Positions 53,201-64,000 of a stretch of DNA of 64,000 nt are shown here, one piece after another; within the stretch, counting starts at the first letter, position 1; every line of letters begins with the position of its first letter. The stretch is from Auanema rhodensis (Eukaryota; Animalia; Nematoda). The notes under the pieces were generated by a model. That model saw nothing but the letters and a program-made list of their open reading frames with translations. It ran no database searches and had not been told where the DNA came from. The DNA lies in the NCBI GenBank assembly GCA_964057225.1, contig OZ059900.1, forward strand, positions 24,614,001 to 24,678,000, given 5' to 3'. The translations under genes and the position numbers were made by a program.

Positions 53201-56200
53201 ATGGGAAATACTGTGTTTTTGTATTTTTCTAGTGTTCAGCATGTAAAATGCTTCATTTTAGTATGTAACACGCTGAAAGTCGTTGCATTTGACGACTCAT
53301 ATGAACAAAAATCGATTTAATCAATATTAGCCATAAGGGGCGTGCCCTCAGAATATGCTAATTTCCTTAGTTTTCTAACCCCTGTTTTTTTGTCGTGAAA
53401 GTGGAACTAGACGTTGTACGAACAATTTTGAGCTAGGTTTCATTGACATTGCATGAGTTTGAACACATGAAATCGTAAGTCAAAACCTTGTTTACAGCGA
53501 AATTTCCAAAAACTGGTTTTCCAGCATAATAAAATATTTCTCATGGGAAATACTGTGTTTTTGTATTTTTCTAGTGTTCAGCATGTAAAATGCTTCATTT
53601 TAGTATGTAACACGCTGAAATTCGTTGCATTTGACGACTCTGATGAACAAAAATCGATTTAATCAATATTAGCCATAAGGGGCGTGCCCTCAGAATATGC
53701 TAATTTCCTTAATTTTCTAACCCCTGTTTTTTTGTCGTGAAAGTGGAACTAGACGTTGTACGAACAATTTTGAGCTAGGTTTCATTGACATTGCATGAGT
53801 TTGAACACATGAAATCGTAAGTCAAAACCTTGTTTACAGCGAAATTTCCAAAAACTGGTTTTCCAGCATAATAAAATATTTCTCATGGGAAATACTGTGT
53901 TTTTGTATTTTTCTAGTGTTCAGCATGTAAAATGCTTCATTTTAGTATGTAACACGCTGAAAGTCGTTGCATTTGACGACTCATATGAACAAAAATCGAT
54001 TTAATCAATATTAGCCATAAGGGGCGTGCCCTCAGAATATGCTAATTTCCTTAATTTTCTAACCCCTGTTTTTTTGTCGTGAAAGTGGAACTAGACGTTG
54101 TACGAACAATTTTGAGCTAGGTTTCATTGACATTGCATGAGTTTGAACACATGAAATCGTAAGTCAAAACCTTGTTTACAGCGAAATTTCCAAAAACTGG
54201 TTTTCCAGCATAATAAAATATTTCTCATGGGAAATACTGTGTTTTTGTATTTTTCTAGTGTTCAGCATGTAAAATGCTTCATTTTAGTATGTAACACGCT
54301 GAAATTCGTTGCATTTGACGACTCATATGAACAAAAATCGATTTAATCAATATTAGCCATAAGGGGCGTGCCCTCAGAATATGCTAATTTCCTTAATTTT
54401 CTAACCCTTGTTTTTTTGTCGTGAAAGTGGAACTAGACGTTGTACGAACAATTTTGAGCTAGGTTTCATTGACATTGCATGAGTTTGAACACATGAAATC
54501 GTAAGTCAAAACCTTGTTTACAGCGAAATTTCCAAAAACTGGTTTTCCAGCATAATAAAATATTTCTCATGGGAAATACTGTGTTTTTGTATTTTTCTAG
54601 TGTTCAGCATGTAAAATGCTTCATTTTAGTATGTAACACGCTGAAATTCGTTGCATTTGACGACTCATATGAACAAAAATCGATTTAATCAATATTAGCC
54701 ATAAGGGGCGTGCCCTCAGAATATGCTAATTTCCTTAATTTTCTAACCCCTGTTTTTTTGTCGTGAAAGTGGAACTAGACGTTGTACGAACAATTTTGAG
54801 CTAGGTTTCATTGACATTGCATGAGTTTGAACACATGAAATCGTAAGTCAAAACCTTGTTTACAGCGAAATTTCCAAAAACTGGTTTTCCAGCATAATAA
54901 AATATTTCTCATGGGAAATACTGTGTTTTTGTATTTTTCTAGTGTTCAGCATGTAAAATGCTTCATTTTAGTATGTAACACGCTGAAATTCGTTGCATTT
55001 GACGACTCATATGAACAAAAATCGATTTAATCAATATTAGCCATAAGGGGCGTGCCCTCAGAATATGCTAATTTCCTTAATTTTCTAACCCCTGTTTTTT
55101 TGTCGTGAAAGTGGAACTAGACGTTGTACGAACAATTTTGAGCTAGGTTTCATTGACATTGCATGAGTTTGAACACATGAAATCGTAAGTCAAAACCTTG
55201 TTTACAGCGAAATTTCCAAAAACTGGTTTTCCAGCATAATAAAATATTTCTCATGGGAAATACTGTGTTTTTGTATTTTTCTAGTGTTCAGCATGTAAAA
55301 TGCTTCATTTTAGTATGTAACACGCTGAAAGTCGTTGCATTTGACGACTCATATGAACAAAAATCGATTTAATCAATATTAGCCATAAGGGGCGTGCCCT
55401 CAGAATATGCTAATTTCCTTAGTTTTCTAACCCCTGTTTTTTTGTCGTGAAAGTGGAACTAGACGTTGTACGAACAATTTTGAGCTAGGTTTCATTGACA
55501 TTGCATGAGTTTGAACACATGAAATCGTAAGTCAAAACCTTGTTTACAGCGAAATTTCCAAAAACTGGTTTTCCAGCATAATAAAATATTTCTCATGGGA
55601 AATACTGTGTTTTTGTATTTTTCTAGTGTTCAGCATGTAAAATGCTTCATTTTAGTATGTAACACGCTGAAATTCGTTGCATTTGACGACTCATATGAAC
55701 AAAAATCGATTTAATCAATATTAGCCATAAGGGGCGTGCCCTCAGAATATGCTAATTTCCTTAATTTTCTAACCCTTGTTTTTTTGTCGTGAAAGTGGAA
55801 CTAGACGTTGTACGAACAATTTTGAGCTAGGTTTCATTGACATTGCATTTAGTTTGAACACATGAAATCGTAAGTCAAAACCTTGTTTACAGCGAAATTT
55901 CCAAAAACTGGTTTTCCAGCATAATAAAATATTTCTCATGGGAAATACTGTGTTTTTGTATTTTTCTAGTGTTCAGCATGTAAAATGCTTCATTTTAGTA
56001 TGTAACACGCTGAAATTCGTTGCATTTGACGACTCATATGAACAAAAATCGATTTAATCAATATTAGCCATAAGGGGCGTGCCCTCAGAATATGCTAATT
56101 TCCTTAATTTTCTAACCCCTGTTTTTTTGTCGTGAAAGTGGAACTAGACGTTGTACGAACAATTTTGAGCTAGGTTTCATTGACATTGCATGAGTTTGAA

Positions 56201-59200
56201 CACATGAAATCGTAAGTCAAAACCTTGTTTACAGCGAAATTTCCAAAAACTGGTTTTCCAGCATAATAAAATATTTCTCATGGGAAATACTGTGTTTTTG
56301 TATTTTTCTAGTGTTCAGCATGTAAAATGCTTCATTTTAGTATGTAACACGCTGAAAGTCGTTGCATTTGACGACTCATATGAACAAAAATCGATTTAAT
56401 CAATATTAGCCATAAGGGGCGTGCCCTCAGAATATGCTAATTTCCTTAATTTTCTAACCCCTGTTTTTTTGTCGTGAAAGTGGAACTAGACGTTGTACGA
56501 ACAATTTTGAGCTAGGTTTCATTGACATTGCATGAGTTTGAACACATGAAATCGTAAGTCAAAACCTTGTTTACAGCGAAATTTCCAAAAACTGGTTTTC
56601 CAGCATAATAAAATATTTCTCATGGGAAATACTGTGTTTTTGTATTTTTCTAGTGTTCAGCATGTAAAATGCTTCATTTTAGTATGTAACACGCTGAAAT
56701 TCGTTGCATTTGACGACTCATATGAACAAAAATCGATTTAATCAATATTAGCCATAAGGGGCGTGCCCTCAGAATATGCTAATTTCCTTAATTTTCTAAC
56801 CCTTGTTTTTTTGTCGTGAAAGTGGAACTAGACGTTGTACGAACAATTTTGAGCTAGGTTTCATTGACATTGCATGAGTTTGAACACATGAAATCGTAAG
56901 TCAAAACCTTGTTTACAGCGAAATTTCCAAAAACTGGTTTTCCAGCATAATAAAATATTTCTCATGGGAAATACTGTGTTTTTGTATTTTTCTAGTGTTC
57001 AGCATGTAAAATGCTTCATTTTAGTATGTAACACGCTGAAATTCGTTGCATTTGACGACTCATATGAACAAAAATCGATTTAATCAATATTAGCCATAAG
57101 GGGCGTGCCCTCAGAATATGCTAATTTCCTTAATTTTCTAACCCCTGTTTTTTTGTCGTGAAAGTGGAACTAGACGTTGTACGAACAATTTTGAGCTAGG
57201 TTTCATTGACATTGCATGAGTTTGAACACATGAAATCGTAAGTCAAAACCTTGTTTACAGCGAAATTTCCAAAAACTGGTTTTCCAGCATAATAAAATAT
57301 TTCTCATGGGAAATACTGTGTTTTTGTATTTTTCTAGTGTTCAGCATGTAAAATGCTTCATTTTAGTATGTAACACGCTGAAATTCGTTGCATTTGACGA
57401 CTCATATGAACAAAAATCGATTTAATCAATATTAGCCATAAGGGGCGTGCCCTCAGAATATGCTAATTTCCTTAATTTTCTAACCCCTGTTTTTTTGTCG
57501 TGAAAGTGGAACTAGACGTTGTACGAACAATTTTGAGCTAGGTTTCATTGACATTGCATGAGTTTGAACACATGAAATCGTAAGTCAAAACCTTGTTTAC
57601 AGCGAAATTTCCAAAAACTGGTTTTCCAGCATAATAAAATATTTCTCATGGGAAATACTGTGTTTTTGTATTTTTCTAGTGTTCAGCATGTAAAATGCTT
57701 CATTTTAGTATGTAACACGCTGAAAGTCGTTGCATTTGACGACTCATATGAACAAAAATCGATTTAATCAATATTAGCCATAAGGGGCGTGCCCTCAGAA
57801 TATGCTAATTTCCTTAGTTTTCTAACCCCTGTTTTTTTGTCGTGAAAGTGGAACTAGACGTTGTACGAACAATTTTGAGCTAGGTTTCATTGACATTGCA
57901 TGAGTTTGAACACATGAAATCGTAAGTCAAAACCTTGTTTACAGCGAAATTTCCAAAAACTGGTTTTCCAGCATAATAAAATATTTCTCATGGGAAATAC
58001 TGTGTTTTTGTATTTTTCTAGTGTTCAGCATGTAAAATGCTTCATTTTAGTATGTAACACGCTGAAATTCGTTGCATTTGACGACTCATATGAACAAAAA
58101 TCGATTTAATCAATATTAGCCATAAGGGGCGTGCCCTCAGAATATGCTAATTTCCTTAATTTTCTAACCCTTGTTTTTTTGTCGTGAAAGTGGAACTAGA
58201 CGTTGTACGAACAATTTTGAGCTAGGTTTCATTGACATTGCATTTAGTTTGAACACATGAAATCGTAAGTCAAAACCTTGTTTACAGCGAAATTTCCAAA
58301 AACTGGTTTTCCAGCATAATAAAATATTTCTCATGGGAAATACTGTGTTTTTGTATTTTTCTAGTGTTCAGCATGTAAAATGCTTCATTTTAGTATGTAA
58401 CACGCTGAAATTCGTTGCATTTGACGACTCATATGAACAAAAATCGATTTAATCAATATTAGCCATAAGGGGCGTGCCCTCAGAATATGCTAATTTCCTT
58501 AATTTTCTAACCCCTGTTTTTTTGTCGTGAAAGTGGAACTAGACGTTGTACGAACAATTTTGAGCTAGGTTTCATTGACATTGCATGAGTTTGAACACAT
58601 GAAATCGTAAGTCAAAACCTTGTTTACAGCGAAATTTCCAAAAACTGGTTTTCCAGCATAATAAAATATTTCTCATGGGAAATACTGTGTTTTTGTATTT
58701 TTCTAGTGTTCAGCATGTAAAATGCTTCATTTTAGTATGTAACACGCTGAAAGTCGTTGCATTTGACGACTCATATGAACAAAAATCGATTTAATCAATA
58801 TTAGCCATAAGGGGCGTGCCCTCAGAATATGCTAATTTCCTTAATTTTCTAACCCCTGTTTTTTTGTCGTGAAAGTGGAACTAGACGTTGTACGAACAAT
58901 TTTGAGCTAGGTTTCATTGACATTGCATGAGTTTGAACACATGAAATCGTAAGTCAAAACCTTGTTTACAGCGAAATTTCCAAAAACTGGTTTTCCAGCA
59001 TAATAAAATATTTCTCATGGGAAATACTGTGTTTTTGTATTTTTCTAGTGTTCAGCATGTAAAATGCTTCATTTTAGTATGTAACACGCTGAAATTCGTT
59101 GCATTTGACGACTCATATGAACAAAAATCGATTTAATCAATATTAGCCATAAGGGGCGTGCCCTCAGAATATGCTAATTTCCTTAATTTTCTAACCCTTG

Positions 59201-59941
59201 TTTTTTTGTCGTGAAAGTGGAACTAGACGTTGTACGAACAATTTTGAGCTAGGTTTCATTGACATTGCATTTAGTTTGAACACATGAAATCGTAAGTCAA
59301 AACCTTGTTTACAGCGAAATTTCCAAAAACTGGTTTTCCAGCATAATAAAATATTTCTCATGGGAAATACTGTGTTTTTGTATTTTTCTAGTGTTCAGCA
59401 TGTAAAATGCTTCATTTTAGTATGTAACACGCTGAAATTCGTTGCATTTGACGACTCATATGAACAAAAATCGATTTAATCAATATTAGCCATAAGGGGC
59501 GTGCCCTCAGAATATGCTAATTTCCTTAATTTTCTAACCCCTGTTTTTTTGTCGTGAAAGTGGAACTAGACGTTGTACGAACAATTTTGAGCTAGGTTTC
59601 ATTGACATTGCATGAGTTTGAACACATGAAATCGTAAGTCAAAACCTTGTTTACAGCGAAATTTCCAAAAACTGGTTTTCCAGCATAATAAAATATTTCT
59701 CATGGGAAATACTGTGTTTTTGTATTTTTCTAGTGTTCAGCATGTAAAATGCTTCATTTTAGTATGTAACACGCTGAAAGTCGTTGCATTTGACGACTCA
59801 TATGAACAAAAATCGATTTAATCAATATTAGCCATAAGGGGCGTGCCCTCAGAATATGCTAATTTCCTTAATTTTCTAACCCCTGTTTTTTTGTCGTGAA
59901 AGTGGAACTAGACGTTGTACGAACAATTTTGAGCTAGGTTT
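47282..59941. repeat. Array domain D with a ~7-monomer higher-order repeat
   Basis: T181G+A272G monomers at 48489, 50885, 53279, 55331, 57726 (spacings 2396, 2394, 2052, 2395). C284T monomers are often followed by the G15>TT variant. Confidence 0.85.
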
Positions 59942-62900
59942 CATTGACATTGCATGAGTTTGAACACATGAAATCGTAAGTCAAAACCTTGTTTACAGCG
60001 AAATTTCCAAAAACTGGTTTTCCAGCATAATAAAATATTTCTCATGGGAAATACTGTGTTTTTGTATTTTTCTAGTGTTCAGCATGTAAAATGCTTCATT
60101 TTAGTATGTAACACGCTGAAATTCGTTGCATTTGACGACTCATATGAACAAAAATCGATTTAATCAATATTAGCCATAAGGGGCGTGCCCTCAGAATATG
60201 CTAATTTCCTTAATTTTCTAACCCCTGTTTTTTTGTCGTGAAAGTGGAACTAAACGTTGTACGAACAATTTTGAGCTATGTTTCATTGACATTGCATGAG
60301 TTTGAACACATGAAATCGTAAGTCAAAACCTTGTTTACAGCGAAATTTCCAAAAACTGGTTTTCCAGCATAATAAAATATTTCTCATGGGAAATACTGTG
60401 TTTTTGTATTTTTATAGTGTTCAGCATGTAAAATGCTTCATTTTAGTATGTAACACGCTGAAAGTCGTTGCATTTGACGACTCATATGAACAAAAATCGA
60501 TTTAATCAATATTAGCCATAAGGGGCGTGCCCTCAGAATATGCTAATTTCCTTAGTTTTCTAACCCCTGTTTTTTTGTCGTGAAAGTGGAACTAGACGTT
60601 GTACGAACAATTTTGAGCTAGGTTTCATTGACATTGCATGAGTTTGAACACATGAAATCGTAAGTCAAAACCTTGTTTACAGCGAAATTTCCAAAAACTG
60701 GTTTTCCAGCATAATAAAATATTTCTCATGGGAAATACTGTGTTTTTGTATTTTTCTAGTGTTCAGCATGTAAAATGCTTCATTTTAGTATGTAACACGC
60801 TGAAAGTCGTTGCATTTGACGACTCATATGAACAAAAATCGATTTAATCAATATTAGCCATAAGGGGCGTGCCCTCAGAATATGCTAATTTCCTTAGTTT
60901 TCTAACCCCTGTTTTTTTGTCGTGAAAGTGGAACTAGACGTTGTACGAACAATTTTGAGCTAGGTTTCATTGACATTGCATGAGTTTGAACACATGAAAT
61001 CGTAAGTCAAAACCTTGTTTACAGCGAAATTTCCAAAAACTGGTTTTCCAGCATAATAAAATATTTCTCATGGGAAATACTGTGTTTTTGTATTTTTCTA
61101 GTGTTCAGCATGTAAAATGCTTCATTTTAGTATGTAACACGCTGAAATTCGTTGCATTTGACGAATCATATGAACAAAAATCGATTTAATCAATATTAGC
61201 CATAAGGGGCGTGCCCTCAGAATATGCTAATTTCCTTAATTTTCTAACCCCTGTTTTTTTGTCGTGAAAGTGGAACTAAACGTTGTACGAACAATTTTGA
61301 GCTATGTTTCATTGACATTGCATGAGTTTGAACACATGAAATCGTAAGTCAAAACCTTGTTTACAGCGAAATTTCCAAAAACTGGTTTTCCAGCATAATA
61401 AAATATTTCTCATGGGAAATACTGTGTTTTTGTATTTTTCTAGTGTTCAGCATGTAAAATGCTTCATTTTAGTATGTAACACGCTGAAAGTCGTTGCATT
61501 TGACGACTCATATGAACAAAAATCGATTTAATCAATATTAGCCATAAGGGGCGTGCCCTCAGAATATGCTAATTTCCTTAGTTTTCTAACCCCTGTTTTT
61601 TTGTCGTGAAAGTGGAACTAGACGTTGTACGAACAATTTTGAGCTAGGTTTCATTGACATTGCATGAGTTTGAACACATGAAATCGTAAGTCAAAACCTT
61701 GTTTACAGCGAAATTTCCAAAAACTGGTTTTCCAGCATAATAAAATATTTCTCATGGGAAATACTGTGTTTTTGTATTTTTCTAGTGTTCAGCATGTAAA
61801 ATGCTTCATTTTAGTATGTAACACGCTGAAATTCGTTGCATTTGACGAATCATATGAACAAAAATCGATTTAATCAATATTAGCCATAAGGGGCGTGCCC
61901 TCAGAATATGCTAATTTCCTTAATTTTCTAACCCCTGTTTTTTTGTCGTGAAAGTGGAACTAAACGTTGTACGAACAATTTTGAGCTATGTTTCATTGAC
62001 ATTGCATGAGTTTGAACACATGAAATCGTAAGTCAAAACCTTGTTTACAGCGAAATTTCCAAAAACTGGTTTTCCAGCATAATAAAATATTTCTCATGGG
62101 AAATACTGTGTTTTTGTATTTTTCTAGTGTTCAGCATGTAAAATGCTTCATTTTAGTATGTAACACGCCGAAAGTCGTTGCATTTGACGACTCATATGAA
62201 CAAAAATCGATTTAATCAATATTAGCCATAAGGGGCGTGCCCTCAGAATATGCTAATTTCCTTAATTTTCTAACCCCTGTTTTTTTGTCGTGAAAGTGGA
62301 ACTAGACGTTGTACGAACAATTTTGAGCTAGGTTTCATTGACATTGCATGAGTTTGAACACATGAAATCGTAAGTCAAAACCTTGTTTACAGCGAAATTT
62401 CCAAAAACTGGTTTTCCAGCATAATAAAATATTTCTCATGGGAAATACTGTGTTTTTGTATTTTTCTAGTGTTCAGCATGTAAAATGCTTCATTTTAGTA
62501 TGTAACACGCTGAAATTCGTTGCATTTGACGACTCATATGAACAAAAATCGATTTAATCAATATTAGCCATAAAGGGCGTGCCCTCAGAATATGCTAATT
62601 TCCTTAATTTTCTAACCCTTGTTTTTTTGTCGTGAAAGTGGAACTAGACGTTGTACGAACAATTTTGAGCTAGGTTTCATTGACATTGCATGAGTTTGAA
62701 CACATGAAATCGTAAGTCAAAACCTTGTTTACAGCGAAATTTCCAAAAACTGGTTTTCCAGCATAATAAAATATTTCTCATGGGAAATACTGTGTTTTTG
62801 TATTTTTCTAGTGTTCAGCATGTAAAATGCTTCATTTTAGTATGTAACATGCTGAAATTCGTTGCATTTGACGACTCATATGAACAAAAATCGATTTAAT

Positions 62901-64000
62901 CAATATTAGCCATAAGGGGCGTGCCCTCAGAATATGCTAATTTCCTTAATTTTCTAACCCCTGTTTTTTTGTCGTGAAAGTGGAACTAGACGTTGTACGA
63001 ACAATTTTGAGCTAGGTTTCATTGACATTGCATGAGTTTGAACACATGAAATCGTAAGTCAAAACCTTGTTTACAGCGAAATTTCCAAAAACTGGTTTTC
63101 CAGCATAATAAAATATTTCTCATGGGAAATACTGTGTTTTTGTATTTTTCTAGTGTTCAGCATGTAAAATGCTTCATTTTAGTATGTAACACGCTGAAAT
63201 TCGTTGCATTTGACGACTCATATGAACAAAAATCGATTTAATCAATATTAGCCATAAGGGGCGTGCCCTCAGAATATGCTAATTTCCTTAATTTTCTAAC
63301 CCCTGTTTTTTTGTCGTGAAAGTGGAACTAGACGTTGTACGAACAATTTTGAGCTAGGTTTCATTGACATTGCATGAGTTTGAACACATGAAATCGTAAG
63401 TCAAAACCTTGTTTACAGCGAAATTTCCAAAAACTGGTTTTCCAGCATAATAAAATATTTCTCATGGGAAATACTGTGTTTTTGTATTTTTCTAGTGTTC
63501 AGCATGTAAAATGCTTCATTTTAGTATGTAACACGCTGAAAGTCGTTGCATTTGACGACTCATATGAACAAAAATCGATTTAATCAATATTAGCCATAAG
63601 GGGCGTGCCCTCAGAATATGCTAATTTCCTTAGTTTTCTAACCCCTGTTTTTTTGTCGTGAAAGTGGAACTAGACGTTGTACGAACAATTTTGAGCTAGG
63701 TTTCATTGACATTGCATGAGTTTGAACACATGAAATCGTAAGTCAAAACCTTGTTTACAGCGAAATTTCCAAAAACTGGTTTTCCAGCATAATAAAATAT
63801 TTCTCATGGGAAATACTGTGTTTTTGTATTTTTCTAGTGTTCAGCATGTAAAATGCTTCATTTTAGTATGTAACACGCTGAAATTCGTTGCATTTGACGA
63901 ATCATATGAACAAAAATCGATTTAATCAATATTAGCCATAAGGGGCGTGCCCTCAGAATATGCTAATTTCCTTAATTTTCTAACCCCTGTTTTTTTGTCG

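Larger units (their letters stand above)
1..64000. repeat. Tandem satellite DNA array, 342-bp monomer, about 190 units, single orientation, open at both window ends
   Basis: CATTGACATTGCATGAG recurs at 1, 343, 685, 1027 ... 63704. Indels seen: 9x(+57), 6x(-164), 3x(-159), +5, 8x(+1) = -935. (63703+935)/342 = 189 exactly. No non-satellite sequence or inversion was seen. Confidence 0.99.

Noticed and set aside
1-64000. CRISPR array or other repeat-spacer system
   Set aside because: There are no unique spacers; the entire 342 bp repeats, and no cas or other genes are present.
1-64000. Sequencing concatemer or collapsed-assembly artefact
   Set aside because: Variants and complex junctions recur in ordered, position-dependent blocks, which random error would not produce. 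Local ordering still needs read validation.

Overview
The whole 64-kb window is one uninterrupted, single-orientation, head-to-tail satellite DNA array. The monomer is 342 bp and about 34% GC by hand count. There are 189 units plus a final partial unit; the indels catalogued below sum to exactly the observed phase shift, so the net indel list is complete. Copies usually differ from consensus by only 0-5 bases. There are no credible genes, RNA genes, mobile elements or CRISPR arrays; the seven 65-aa ORFs are monomers that lost one stop codon. It looks like a eukaryotic (peri)centromeric or heterochromatic satellite, but I cannot identify the organism. The interest lies in the fine structure. 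(1) The monomer is dense with imperfect dyads, and many of the variants that spread through the array repair exactly those mismatches, in one case from either arm. (2) The monomer appears to be a cryptic ~171-bp dimer, and three independent deletions join its homeologous halves to leave 178-183 bp units. (3) Several rearrangement junctions carry short templated fillers. (4) The array is split into variant-defined domains with nascent 6-mer and 7-mer higher-order repeats (HORs). Monomer positions (e.g. G106A) use bases 1-342 of the window as the frame.
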